Position numbers and translations under genes: made by a program
In this document: positions 13,215-27,992 of the stretch, one piece after another
How the letters are laid out: each line of letters opens with the position of its first letter
Position numbering within the stretch: the stretch's first letter is position 1
NCBI RefSeq assembly: GCF_006345805.1
Contig: NC_043008.1
Span: forward strand, 44,206,001 to 44,270,000
Length of the DNA: 64,000 bases
Source: Octopus sinensis
Lineage: Eukaryota
Reading direction: 5' to 3'
Notes under the pieces: generated by a model
What the model was told of the DNA's origin: nothing
Databases searched by the model: none
Seen by the model: the letters and a program-made list of their open reading frames with translations, nothing else

Positions 13215-14570
13215 AATCCGGAACTGTTTCGTTGGGAAGCAAAATTTTACCAACATATTTAAAGCAAATATATCGTTGAAAACCAACGAAACTGCAATAT
13301 CACTCTGTAGATAGCATCTTTTATAGATGTATATTGTTAAAAACACAAAATATATCATCAGCAGGCGAAGATCGCTCAGCTGCAGCGGTGGCATTCGTAA
13401 ATATAGACGTCTATCCCCCTTGAAACCTATCAGACGACATCGCCTCGGCTGGTTTCAGGGGTGAAAAAGATTTCTGGGTTCCACGTATATGGATCTACTG
13501 TTCAGACACCAAAATTTGGGATTCCCATCTGACTGTTAAAATATATAGGTAATTTCACCTCTTCAACAAACCTATGATTCACTCACAGACACTTTATTAA
13601 TTGTCCATCATTGTTACACGTCAGTTCTATAAAATCATCCCTCCACAACAATATCCCAATTTAAAGTAGTTGAGAGTTCGGATCTTTGTTTGTTCAAAGT
13701 AGCTGTCTGGTATGAGTATAACCAACATCGAACTAGTTGTTCTCTCTCACGGCGGTGACTTTTTCTTCTTTCATGCAACGGAATCACACATAATAATATA
13801 GAATCATTTGAAATAACATAGTCAGATGTCAATATGCATTACTTACTTTGGAGAACAATAACTGCTAACCTTCGGGAAAAATCTTCAGATCAAAATTAGG
13901 ATCAAAATTCGCTGTTTCTGTTTTTTTTTTCTTTTTTTGGTTTTTCAATAAAGCAGGAAAAACAAACATAAAATAAGAACAGAACAAATATAGTTATTTA
14001 CTGGTCTATAAATCTAATGTTTAGTTAACGTGTGAAGGAAGCGGGTGAGCTTAAGTTAAATAATTTCTAATTTCTGAAGGAATTTGATACGTGCTAAGAA
14101 ACTTCACCAAGAATCAAATTCATAGATTTCTGGCAATTCCCTGCTTTCACAAGATTTATGGCTGGATCTCGGATTTATGCCTTAGACATTTGTTTATGAT
14201 GCAAAAATAATAAGATGTTAGTTATATACATGGTGTTAGATTTATTTTATAGATAAAGACTGGTAGGCCATCTGGTGTATCACGTTCAATGATACCTTAG
14301 GAATTGGTGAAAGAAGAAGATACGAGTTTCTAAACATTATCTGCAATGCGGGTAATCTTTTAATTTATAAACATTGAATGCTGTTAGCAACACGCATTTT
14401 CACACCCAATTAATTTTTCAATAGTCACAACAGTTTCATAAGAGTGTTTCTAACACTTTACTATCAATGCAACATTTAAGTCAGAACAGTGATAAATAGT
14501 CAAATAAACACCCTTAAGAACACACAAAGAAAGAATTAATACGACTCCATTTATACTTGAACATATTTTT

Positions 14571-14995
14571 AGGCGCCGGAGTGGCTGTGTGGTAAGTAGC
14601 TTGCTAACCAACCACATTGTTCCGGGTTCAGTCCCACTGTGTGGCATCTTGAGCAAGTGTCTTCTGCTATAGCCCCGGGCCGACCAATGCCTTGTGAGTG
14701 GATTTGGTAGACGGAAACTGAAAGAAGCCTGTCGTATATATGTATATATATATATAAGTGTGTGTGTATATGTTTGTGTGTCTGTGTTTGTCCCCCTAGC
14801 ATTGCTTGACAACCGATGCTGGTGTGTTTACGTCCCCGTCACTTAGCGGTTCGGCAAAAGAGACCGCTAGAATAAGTACTGGGCTTACAAAGAATAAGTC
14901 CCGGGGTCGATTTGCTCGACTAAAGGCGGTGCTCCAGCATGGTCGCAGTCAAATGACTGAAACAAGTAAAAGAGTAAAAGAGTAAAAGAGAGTAT
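14571..14995 (+). mobile_element. SINE family B, full length
   Basis: GGCGCCGGAGTGGCTGTGTGGTAAGTAGC..GGGTTCAGTCCC head; 3' (GTAAAAGA)n tail. Confidence 0.9.
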
Positions 14996-15004
14996 ACCGA
15001 CTTG

Positions 15005-15235
15005 GGCGGCGAGCTGGCAGAAACGTTAGCACGCCGGGCGAAATGCTTTGTGGTATTTTGTCCGCCGCTGCGTTCTGAGTCCAAATTCCGCCGAGGTCGA
15101 CTTCGCCTTTCATCCTTTCGGGGTCGATAAATTAAGTACCAGTGACGCACTGGGGTCAATATAATGGACTTAATCCATTTGTCTGTCCTTGTTTGTCCTC
15201 TCTGTGTTTAGCCCCTTGTGGGTAGTAAAGAAATA
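15005..15235 (+). mobile_element. SINE family A, full length
   Basis: Near-consensus copy directly after the family B tail. Confidence 0.9.
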
Positions 15236-15496
15236 TATATTTATACCGACTGAAATCTTAATAAAAGATCTGTTCTAAAATTGTATAGATTCAAAATAAG
15301 TAGGTAGAAAATATAGCGTTAAACATGCTTGTGGAGTTAAGAATTTCGATCTCCCGTCACGAGTTTCTGGGACCAAAACCACTGCGCATCACCTACGGCC
15401 GTGTGAGTTTGGCAAATGCAATGTGTGTTTGTGTGTAGCATGTGTATGTGCATGTGTGTATGTATATTTATATAAAAAGAATATATATGCGTGTAT

Positions 15497-15675
15497 ATGG
15501 CTGTGTGGTATGTAGCTTGCTTACCAACAACATCATTCCGGGTTCATTCCCTCTGCGTGGCAACATGGGCAAGTGTCTTCTACTATAGCCTCGGGCCGAC
15601 CAAAGCTTTGTGAGTGGATTTGGTAGACGGAAACTGAAAGAAGCCCGTCGTATATATGTATATATATATATATAC

Positions 15676-15716
<41 letters not shown>

Positions 15717-15875
15717 TGTGTCTGTGTTTGCCTCCACCCCTCAACATCGCTTGACAACCTAGAAACAAGTACTAGGCTTACGAAGAATAAGTCCTGGGGC
15801 TGATTTGCTCGACTAAAGGCGGCACTCCAGCATGGCCGCAGTTAAATGACCGAAAATTAAAAGCGAAATAAAAGA
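15497..15875 (+). mobile_element. SINE family B (internal deletion)
   Basis: GGCTGTGTGGTATGTAGC head through CTCCAGCATGGCCGCAG. Confidence 0.85.
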
Positions 15876-16031
15876 GAATATATGTGTGTGTATATGTGTG
15901 AGTGTTTGTGTGAGTGTGTGTGTGTGTGTACAATCATCCCAGGAATACGGACTGTGATCTAAAGTGTCATGCGATATGTGGAAACGAGCGTAGCGGTGCA
16001 TTAGATGTTTGTAAATTCCATCGAAGTATTA

Positions 16032-16071
<40 letters not shown>

Positions 16072-16969
16072 TATTGTCTTTGCACAGTACTCTTTTTCCT
16101 GCCAATTCTTTATATACATTTTTTTTGGTTTTATAAATACGTTTTCGAAGAATTCCTGAACCGGTCTGTAATGAGACCTGCATATTTTAGCAGGTATTGG
16201 TATTCTTGAAAACCTGCTACTAAAATGGTCAATTTCAGACAATTCCTCTTCCTCCCCCTTCTTCTCCACCTCGTTAAAAAGTAATTTTGCTACCTTAGTT
16301 GTATGTATGTATTTACGTATGTATGTACGTATAAGGTATATTATCAAAACCAAACATTCTCTGCGGGTGATTTATAAGCAATAATAATCTTCTTTTAATA
16401 TTTCGCATGAAACTGCTTGGAAAGCTTTCCGAACATTTACCGCAGCTGATGCTTCTATTTGAGTAGAATTTTCGCGCGATCGTTTTTCCCAGCTTCTGCA
16501 GCTTGTAATTATCGCAGTATTGTTAACGAACCACTTGAATATATTCTCCTCACTTTTAAAGTATATCTGTTTCTACAAGACATCATGCTGTCGGTGTGTA
16601 CAAAAGGACATGTTCTCCTTTCATTTTTGAAAACTCGAAATCGCGAGAAATAAAGAACACAAGCGATCTTGAACAAGCAGAAGGTTCTTCTAAAGAATTT
16701 ATTGAAATGTTAAATGTTTAACAATTAGGAAGCATGATGCCAATGGACACTGTTTTCATGGTTCAACGTTGTAAATAAAGCAAACTGCTATAATTTGTTT
16801 TAAATAAATATATATACTCTAATCGACGCATTGAAATTCAATGAAAACAAAATATCTTCTTTTGTTTTAAGAGAGTCCTCATTGATACTTCATACAAATT
16901 TGTTGTCTGCTTTGTCTCTAAATCGCGCTCGCTTCCGTCATTGGACGGAAGTCCAATGGCGCGCTGCCC

Positions 16970-17522
16970 GTGCCGGGAAAAATGTTTTGCCGCATTTTGT
17001 CCGACTTTGCGTTCTGAGTTCAAATTCAGCTTTGGTCGACTTTGCCTTTCATCCTTTCGGAGTCGATAAAATGAGTACATACATAACTTTGTATGCATGT
17101 GTGTATGTATGTGTTTATGTATGTGTGTATATGCGAGTGTGGGTGACTGTGTGTGTGTGTGTGTGTGTAAAAAACTGATTTTCACACAAGTAGTCTCTAT
17201 CGAATTTACTCGCAATGCATTGATGGGTCTCAATAGAGATAAATAGGAAGAGAATATGCAGGAGTAATCGTCATGCGATTGACAAGATATTAGTGGTGAT
17301 AAAGGTGGCGAGTTGGCAGAAACGTTAGCACGCCGGGCGAAATGCTTAGCGGCATTTCGTCTGTCTTTACGTTTTGAGTTCAAATTCTGCCGAGGTCGAC
17401 TTTCCACCTTTCGGGGTCGATAAATTAAGTACCAGTTACACACTGGTGTCGATGTAATCGACTTCATCCGTTTGCTGTCCTTGCTTGTCCCCTCCATGTT
17501 TAGCCCTTGTAGGCAATAAATA
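16970..17522 (+). mobile_element. Two SINE family A copies (about 16970-17078 and 17303-17522)
   Basis: Family A core TTCTGAGTTCAAATTC..GTCGACTTT occurs twice. Confidence 0.8.
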
Positions 17523-17769
17523 GATAAGATATTAGTGATGATAATATGCTGTTAAAATTTGTTTTGTTAAACGAATTACACCCCCCCCCCCTCACGAAGG
17601 GGCAATGATGATTCTGTAAGTTTTAATATGGGCGCAAACATCTGGCCTTCATAATAGACAATACTTTAAAGCAATAAAAAGAAAATGTGTAGCAATTATT
17701 TTGGTGTGTTTGTTAGAATCTGTTACGGTTCTTACTCGATGTAATCTTTGATGAATCTAATTAAAAAAA

Positions 17770-18293
17770 GAAACTTACTAATTCAATACAATCCTCCACG
17801 CTCTTATCGAATGCCCTTCTTCAAACGCTTCAACTTTCGATTGACGGTTTGGCCCAGGGGGGGGGAGATTTCTCGATGTACAGTAACCCAGATGTCGAAA
17901 AAGTCGACGAGCTTGCCCTTGATTGAGCTGCGACTCTGTTGTGCTTTCTTCGGTCGTGGAGATGAAGGGTTCTTCCATTGTGATGACTGCTGATTCGTCT
18001 CAGGGTCATACGGAAACATGCTCAATGTTTCTCTAGCTGACTTCCAGAGTATAACATAAAATTTCACGTTGGTTCTTTGTACCAACTTCCTGTCCATGAA
18101 ATAATTGCTCACTACCGCCTACACCTGATCACAAAAACACAAATTTTATAACTTGCAAAGTAGACACAGCGATGTCACTCGGAGCGCTACCTCATAACGG
18201 CGAGTGCTAGCACGTACTGCTCACGCAACCGTGTGCTGCCATCTGTTGGCGCACTACAGAAGTAGTCTGAGGACATTTTGATACCAACTCGTA
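17770..18293 (-). mobile_element. Internally deleted mariner element retaining one end
   Basis: Terminus TACGAGTTGGTATCAAAATGTCCTCAGACT; ORF MDRKLVQRTNVKFYVILWKSARETLSM fused to YDPETNQQSSQWKNPSSPRPKKAQQSRS..FFD..VHRE..PLGQTVN. Confidence 0.85.
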
Positions 18294-19331
18294 ATTAGAT
18301 TAATTTATTTAATCGGTATTATCTGGAATATAATTAATGGCAAGTTTTGAGTTTTGCTATTTTAAACTTGGAATGAACATTTACTTAATCATATTCATAT
18401 TCTAGTGAATTTAAAGAACAGCTTTCGGTTGACAGGATTATGCTATACATGTTCCAAATCTATGCATGCCTCATTTGTCCTTTTCTCCCTTATTCCTTGC
18501 GAAAGAAATTGTGAGAAAAAAGTAATTAAAGTGATTTCCTTGTGACATTTTGGAACAGGACACAGATCCTCGGAAATTACTCGCGTAATCAACCAAACAT
18601 TTTATCAACGAACTGTCACTTAACTTATAGCTGAATAAGGATTGCACGAATTTTTTTATAGTCGTGACTATAGTCTTAAAAACGAGGAAGTTGTGAACGA
18701 ACTTCTGCAACTGAAACTGACATAGTGGGAGATATTAAAGGAAAACTTGCGATGCAACTCGAACTTGGACTAGTCAACATTGAGAAATTAAAAAACCCTT
18801 GATATAAGGCAAACCGAAACAGAAATACTGCAATTACGAACACTAGTTGGAAAATGGATTCTATGTGACTACAAAATACATTTCGTTTTACAAAGAGTCA
18901 GCGCCGACATGGAATACTCATAGACTTTCCTTGCATAAATTAACATCCAAACATAGCTATGGTAACATTCTGGACACGTAAATATTTCGAAATCTGCAAC
19001 CACAGTCCGTCGTCTCTGCCAATATGCTATAATAACTAATCAGAGGTAGTATATCAAGTATGTCAGAGAATCTAAGATTTTCACAAGAACAGTGAGATAA
19101 TATAGTGGGGAAAAAAAGGATTCTCTGTTCAAACTGAGAAACGTGAAAACATACTTGATCCGCTCCAAGAATTACTTTCGTGGGAAAACTTACTCCATTA
19201 AAGAAGGATTTCAATTTCGTAACACGACGGCAGGCTGGTTACACAATTTTCATTTTTTCTGTTACCTCTTTCACTCCCTGTTTTGTCTCTCAAACTTAGT
19301 CGTTTTACTTTCTCTGTCTGTCTTTCTCTGA

Positions 19332-19526
19332 ACACACACACACACACGTACACACATATATATTTATATACAGTATACACACATATATATGTATATGCCT
19401 ATAAATTGTGTATGCATATAAACACAATTATATATGTATATATGTGTGTGTATTTAACGATGCTTATATATACATATAAGTATATATATACATACGCAAA
19501 TACATATATATATATATATATATGTA

Positions 19527-19560
<34 letters not shown>

Positions 19561-20264
19561 CATATACATGTAAACACACAGATATATATATATACACACT
19601 CACACAAATACACACACATACCTGCATATATACATAAGACACGCACGCACATATACATAAGCATACATACATCCATACGTACATACATACACACAAACAC
19701 ATACATATACGCAACTGCGTGCATCTGTCTTGACAATTACGTTCCATTACTTCATATGTCCTTACATTAAACGTAGATATTAATATTTTATATAATAACC
19801 TTCGCTTCATTTCCTCCTATTTTGCATATATACATTTTTTGATACTGTCTTTTCCTTTCAAGAATTTAAAAATTCATTTTTGAAGTAGATTTACTCATAT
19901 GCGTAATGGCCCTTTTAAAATGTTCCAAGTAATGTATTTTGGTATTGCTTTTATAAAATTCCTTCCAGAATTAAATTCTTGTTCTTAAACGTACCATAAT
20001 ATTAGTGCAATAATTGAACTTGTCGATGTTAATACATACACAGTTGAGTAAATTTCGGGCTTCTGGTGCTTTCTTGTAATTACGAGTTCGATCCTTTAAG
20101 GAATGAAGACGTTCAAAATTCTCTCAAAACTGTTTCAACATTTATATCACTTGAAGCCAGTATTATGTGCCTATTAATACATATGTTTCGATGAATGTTT
20201 ACGTATTTCTATCTATCTATCTATCTATCTATCTATCGATCTATCTATCTATCTATCTATCTAT

Positions 20265-20329
<65 letters not shown>

Positions 20330-20809
20330 AAAACAAATAGTGCTGTTCACACCGCCAGATTGAATGGTACTGCCCAGGTGCCGAAACCATAATGATATCC
20401 GTGGGGCAGCTGATGATGGAGGTATGTTAGATTGTTGGTATGGCTGTGGAATAGTATTATAAAACATATCCTTTTGACATATAAAGGCGGCGAGCTGGCA
20501 GAATCGTTAGCATGTCGGCGAAATGCTTAGCGGTATTTCGTCTGCAGTTACGTTCTAAGTTCAAATTCCGCCGAGGTCGACTTTGCCTTTTATCCTTTCA
20601 GGGTCGATAAATAAGTACTAGTTACGCACTGGGGTCGATGTAATCGACTTAATCCCTTTGTTTGTTCCCTCTGTGTTTAGCCCCTTGTAGGCAAAAAAGA
20701 AATATATATACCCTTTTGATATATATATATATATATGAAGGATAAAATTATTATTATATAATAATATCAGTGGCTAGCATGCATTAAAACCGTAGAGATA
20801 AAAACTTAT

Positions 20810-20858
<49 letters not shown>

Positions 20859-21035
20859 ACACACATATATATTTATATACAGTATACACACATATATATG
20901 TATATGCCTATAAATTGTGTATGCATATAAACACAATTATATATGTATATATGTGTGTGTATTTAACGATGCTTATATATACATATAAGTATATATATAC
21001 ATACGCAAATACATATATATATATATATATATGTA

Positions 21036-21069
<34 letters not shown>

Positions 21070-21719
21070 CATATACATGTAAACACACAGATATATATAT
21101 ATACACACTCACACAAATACACACACATACCTGCATATATACATAAGACACGCACGCACATATACATAAGCATACATACATCCATACGTACATACATACA
21201 CACAAACACATACATATACGCAACTGCGTGCATCTGTCTTGACAATTACGTTCCATTACTTCATATGTCCTTACATTAAACGTAGATATTAATATTTTAT
21301 ATAATAACCTTCGCTTCATTTCCTCCTATTTTGCATATATACATTTTTTGATACTGTCTTTTCCTTTCAAGAATTTAAAAATTCATTTTTGAAAGTAGAT
21401 TTACTCATATTGCGTAATGGCCCTTTTAAAATGTTCCAAGTAATGTATTTTGGTATTGCTTTTATAAAATTCCTTCCAGAATTAAATTCTTGTTCTTAAA
21501 CGTACCATAATATTAGTGCAATAATTGAACTTGTCGATGTTAATACATACACAGTTGAGTAAATTTCGGGCTTCTGGTGCTTTCTTGTAATTACGAGTTC
21601 GATCCTTTAAGGAAATGAAGACGTTCAAAATTCTCTCAAAACTGTTTCAACATTTATATCACTTGAAGCCAGTATTATGTGCCTATTAATACATATGTTT
21701 CGATGAATGTTTACGTATT

Positions 21720-21753
<34 letters not shown>

Positions 21754-21754
21754 G

Positions 21755-21844
<90 letters not shown>

Positions 21845-22322
21845 AAAACAAATAGTGCTGTTCACACCGCCAGATTGAATGGTACTGCCCAGGTGCCGAA
21901 ACCATAATGATATCCGTGGGGCAGCTGATGATGGAGGTATGTTAGATTGTTGGTATGGCTGTGGAATAGTATTATAAAACATATCCTTTTGACATATAAA
22001 GGCGGCGAGCTGGCAGAATCGTTAGCAGTCGGCGAAATGCTTAGCGGTATTTCGTCTGCAGTTACGTTCTAAGTTCAAATTCCGCCGAGGTCGACTTGCC
22101 TTTTATCCTTTCAGGGTCGATAAATAAGTACTAGTTACGCACTGGGGTCGATGTAATCGACTTAATCCCTTTGTTTGTTCCCTCTGTGTTTAGCCCCTTG
22201 TAGGCAAAAAAGAAATATATATACCCTTTTGATATATATATATATATATGAAGGATAAAATTATTATTATATAATAATATCAGTGGCTAGCATGCATTAA
22301 AACCGTAGAGATAAAAACTTAT

Positions 22323-22345
<23 letters not shown>
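19332..22345 (+). repeat. Direct tandem duplication, period about 1510 bp, bounded by (CA)n tracts
   Basis: Identical ORFs at 19399/20908 and 19454/20963; both copies include the same SINE A (20486, 22001); (CA)n at about 19331, 20813-20856 and 22326-22372. Confidence 0.95.
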
Positions 22346-22386
<41 letters not shown>

Positions 22387-22730
22387 ATATATATATATAC
22401 ATTTGTGTACAAGGATCGTTTACACTTTTATGTACATGACGGGGCCTAGACTGCGAAATTGATCCACAATATGCCACCCATAAACGACAGTCGTTGGGTG
22501 GGTCGAAACGATCGTTGTACGGAATAAAGAATAATACCAAATCCATCTTCTGCTTCCTCAATCGATTGTTATCTCAAAGTAACACTGTGGAATTCCTGAA
22601 GTAGATCCAACGGAAATGCATCCCAACTGCAGATGTCACCAAATAGCCCAAGCAGTGCCAGTGCTTTACTCAGCACATCAACACACTAATTGACATATAC
22701 CCATTAGTCCAAAAGTTACATATATATATA

Positions 22731-22770
<40 letters not shown>

Positions 22771-25530
22771 GTTGCTTTAAGAATGTTTTATTTGGAATAT
22801 CAAGTTCATGTATAAGGGATCAAGCACATAAAGGGCACGGCGCATATTGACCTAAATTCAGAAAAATAGATGTTGAACCCTTTCAGAGAACATTTAAGAA
22901 GTAATTGAGATAAAATACCTTGAAATATAAGCTGGACAACATGGTGGTTTTGTTGTAGGTTATCTGAAAATTCTATTGAAATTTTTGCTGTGTGCCATTT
23001 TGAAGTATTTAGTTGCAGTTAACCATTCCGCCATTTTCTACAGCTTTTTCAAAGACATTCGGCATAAGAAAGGGCAAGATGTCAATTTGCTTAAGTGAAT
23101 ACGGCTGGGAACATCTCATCTTTTCTTAAATAGTTGAAAAAGCGAAGACATCAGAACATCGAACACAGAGTTTGATGGACAGTTATTAAAATATCCAAAA
23201 ATTAGAAAGAATGGTGTGAGTGATTGCTTGTATAATATGACAATTTATGAATGGACGAAATGCGACTTCTGAATTTTGTTAAAGTCAATTATAGTTTAAT
23301 TAACAATTTAAAGATTGATGGCGTAAGTAAATCTGTTTAGGTTTTAGAAACAGTTTCAAATTTTGATATAGTGCCAACAACTTTAGAGTGAATGAAATAA
23401 CCATTTACATCGTCCCCAGTGGTTAAATGGCGCTTATTTATCAATCTCGAAATTCTAAAAGCCAAAATCAGCCGCGGCGAAAGTTGAAGAGAAAACGTAA
23501 AGATCTGGAAAGAACACGCTCTAAAAATTCTGTCAGCTCCCCATCTTACTTCCATTTTGAATAATCGTAAAACTGTCCATTGTTGTATTAGTGAACTACA
23601 TTTTAATCATGTGATAATACGTCACTATATAAAATAAAATGACCATTGCGGGTTCAGGGGTTTCTCATTCCGTGTAAAATTTTGTGTGAGATTTTGATTT
23701 CAAATCCCACACCTTTAAAATTACCTTTAATATTACCTCTGAGTTAATCTAATGGCTTTCGGGGAATAGCGTTCAACTATTGTTTCACTTCACGTCGCAT
23801 CATATTCTTGCGCCGTTGCTCCGAGAAAGTTTTTCCCAATACGGTTGAAGTCGAAAATATCTGTTCAAAACGTATCATTCTTTAAAATAATTAACTATAA
23901 AACTTTTTTTTAAACGAAATGTTCATGAGAAAATATTACTTTAATCTACTGGATGGTTTTTCGTTTCAAATATTATCCGTTACTCATGTTGGATTAATGA
24001 CCCTCGGTGGGAATGTTCTCCTCTAGATGACCATCATGGCAGAACTTATTTAAGCGGTAATAGATTGGCAAGAAAATTATATTCCATAATAAAGAAACTA
24101 CATTGCTACTCTCGAGTCCTAGGACTGAGGTGATCATTTGTTCGTCCCCGTGCCGGAGAATAAACAGCCGAGATGATACTAATCCTTCCTAAACGCGACG
24201 CCAGTCCGTCGCAGAGTTATTCCTTCACAGCTGAGTAGATTAGGATAAATTTAAATGGAGGAAATACTTACCGTCTACAAAGTTAATCGAAACTAGGATA
24301 TTGCGATCATGACTGCAAGGCTCTGATCATTACTTCATCTATTTCGTGGTCGGCTCTAGAATATCTGCTGCTTGTTCTGGTCTCTCAATATGTGCTATCT
24401 TAATTAAGAGAATTATGATGCATTAAAATTGTGAATGATGAAAGACTTAACTACTTCCTAATACTTAATACCATTTTAAAAATAAACGAAAAGTGTTTGG
24501 TAGGTTTTTTTTTTTTTTGTGTTTTTCTCTAATATCCATGATGACCCTTTCACGACGTAATTGATTCCATTTCAAACGATGATATCTGACCATGTCAACT
24601 GCAAAATAAATATAACTCTAAAACAATAAATTACTTCCAGAAATCAATTATTATCGATTATAATATATAATAGCATAAAGTTGTTGCTAAATTTTGTAGC
24701 TATACTATTTCGGTAAGTTCTTCAATATTTCATCATCCATGGGTTGTATTCTTTGCAGTTCCGGCTTTATACATCTAACTGCAGACATCCTGAAAATCAT
24801 GTATCATTATTAGACTTTCTTTACATATTTATGAATAGAAAGTATGAAATCCTGTCGATGTGAACTTTGCCTTTCATTATTTCGAGATCGATATAATAGT
24901 GCCCAATCAGGTACCGGATCGATGTAATCGACTTATGCTCTTCCTTCGAAATAGGTGACCTTGTGCCACAATAACAAAGGCATCTGTGGTGTTATGTCTG
25001 TTGTTGCTCATTGGTTAATTGATTCCTTGTTGATGTTATGCAAAGGCATTTCATTTAATACAAAAGCCTTGACCCACTAAAAGCTTTCACAAATCCTCTA
25101 CACATGTACACACGAGTCCACCCTCACACTTCTGTGTTTCCCCACGCTCTCGCTTGTTTTCTATCTGTCTCTCTCTGTCTCTCTCTGTCTCTCTCTCTCT
25201 CACTTCATTTGGAAGAAAGCAAGTTTTGTTAGATCTCTGCGTTATTTCCCAGAATAACCTTGCACAGCCGATCATCCTCCCGGGAGAGACTGTATATGAA
25301 ACCTCCTTTACAGCTCAATAACACAATTGAAAGTTCGAGACTAAGCATGAATTTCTCATTTCGTCTGTTAATAATAGATGTATATCTCTCCAATTATACA
25401 ACGATGTATAAAAATAGGAATAATATATTGGATAAAACAGCGCAATTTTGGCAAAGTCCAAGAGTATAAGAGAAGTCATGATCTGATTTACGGATAAAAA
25501 GTAAACGACGATAACATGTTCGACGAAATG

Positions 25531-25592
<62 letters not shown>

Positions 25593-26432
25593 TTACTGCT
25601 GCTGCTGCTGCTACTACTACTACTACCGCTGCTGTTACTATCCTTGCCGCCACCGCGTTACCGCCGTGCTGCTACCTCCAGTATTGTTGTAGCTATTACC
25701 ATTACAACAAACACTGCTAGTAGTACTAATACTAAACCTGCTGCTACTACATAACAGTTGGAAGTTGATAGTATTTAAGTATTACTGACAATCAGCGACA
25801 CCGCGCCGACTACTGAACAACTGCATGGCTTTTATGCATACTAAGGATAACAACCAAACATTTCCTCATGTCACACTTGAATATATTAGACAACCACAAA
25901 AAATAGACCCATCAAAAATGAAGTGTCTGCATAGTCATCAGTTTGAAGAATAAGCTAAGTGGTCACGACCGGACCGACTATGATCATGTCGAACAAATGT
26001 AGGTTATCATAGAGCCAAACACTAACAAGAGACATCTGTCGTTATTTTCTTAGGCGTTAGGAGCCTAGGTTTTTCCCCTCCATCGTTACACGTGAGGAAC
26101 ATGCTTCTCATAAATATACAGCATTTTTTTTCTTATCAACAATGATGAAATCGCTTGGGTTAACTAAGTAAATAAGCTTGACTAATAAAGGCATACTTGA
26201 GTATATGCAAACCTTAAGCAATAAAATGAAGAAACCGGTATTATTTATGGCCTCGTTAATTATCTCAACTGATTAATATTTTTACAGTTTGAACTCTTCT
26301 ACCCTTTTCTCAATAAATACTGATGAGAAATGAAATGGAACAATTTCAAAATTCTAAGTCAATAACCATTTGGGGGCCAAATCAGGAATAATAATAATAA
26401 TAATAATAATAACAATAACAATAATAATAATA

Positions 26433-26473
<41 letters not shown>

Positions 26474-27309
26474 GTAATAATAATAATCTGTCTTCTACAT
26501 TGGAGAGTTCTATCATTTCAAGAACAGAGATTGTTATATATTTTATTGTCTATCCATAAAGTTTGGAAATAGAAATAAGTTATTCGATGTTTAATAATAT
26601 TTTCAAAATCAATAATTCTATTATGAAGATGATGAACTATTTTTGTCGTCACCGTATCGATTACAAAGATAAAGTTTCAACAAAATATTGAACTCCATTT
26701 CTTTTTGGGTTTGTTTGCATTTCGTTTATTCTTTTATTTTCGTCATAAAATTATTGGAAAGTTGTTATAATTGCGGTTTCTGATACAGGCACGAAGCCAG
26801 TAATTTTTAAGCAGTGGTATGTTGTTAGTCGATACCATCGGCTCCAGTACTTCAACAGTACTTTATTTCACTTACTCCGTAGAAATGAATGACTAAGTGG
26901 ATCGCTGTGAGATTTGAAATCAGAATAGGTATATAAGTAGCCAGAACAAATAACAGCACAGGAATATCTTTTCCGAACCGCTAACGCTTCTGCCACCTCA
27001 TCTCCTCTGAGAATAACTATAATTGTTCTTTCTTCTATAGGCACAAGGCCCGGAATATTCTCGTTAAGATTACGCTAATGGATTACATTGATTCCATTAT
27101 TCAGCTGGCACATTATATCATCGTTCCGCAAAGGCGCAGGAGTGGCTGTGTGGTTAGTAACTTGCTTGCCAACTAGAAGAATAAAGGAAGAAATGCGAAA
27201 CCGACTTCGGCCGAATTTTCATTCAGGACGTCAAAGCAGGCGAAATGCCGCTAAGCATTTTGCCTGGAATGCTTACAATTCTGCCAGTGCACCGTCTTTA
27301 GTTTGGCTA

Positions 27310-27992
27310 TTATAATGAATTCAAATTCTGGTACAAGGCCAGCAATTTCGGGGGTAAGCGGTAAGTCGATAACACTGACCACAATATACCAACGGTATTT
27401 CTGTTATTGATATCGAAGAGATGAAAGCATACTCAATCTAGGCGGAATTTGAACACAAAACGTAAAGGCGGGTGAAATATCGCATTGTGCTTAATGATTC
27501 TGCCAGCTCGCTGCCTCTGCTTGGCTGTAATAATAATCCTCTCTACTAAGGCGGCGAGCTGGCCGAAACGTTAGCACACCGGGAGAAGTGCGTAGTGGTA
27601 TATCGTATGTCTTTACGTTCTGAGTTCAAAATCCGCCGAGATCGACTTTGCCTTTCATCCTTTCGGGGTCGATAAATTAAGTACTAGTTTCGCACTGGGG
27701 TTGATCTAATTGACTGGTCCCTCCCCTGAAATTTCGGGCCTTGTGCTTAAAGCAGAAAAGAATATTTATATATTTTAAGGTGACGAGCGGACAGAAACGT
27801 TAGCACGCCGGGCGAAATGCTTAGAGGTATTTCGTCTGTCGTTACATTCTAAGTGCAAATTCCGCCGAGATCGACTTTGCCTTTCATTCTTTCGGGGTCG
27901 ATAAATTAAGTACCAGTAGCCTACTGGGGTTGATCTAATCGACTGGCCCCTCCCCCAAAATTTCGGGCCTTGTGCCTAGAGTACAAAAGAAT
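27310..27992. mobile_element. Cluster of three SINE family A copies (one minus, two tandem plus)
   Basis: Family A core at about 27310-27512 (-), 27550-27762 (+) and 27779-27992 (+). Confidence 0.85.

Noticed and set aside
16130-16310. Minus ORF VAKLLFNEVEKKGEEEELSEIDHF.. and a small hairpin at about 16175-16230
   Set aside because: No splice signals or homology; both ends of the frame run into microsatellites
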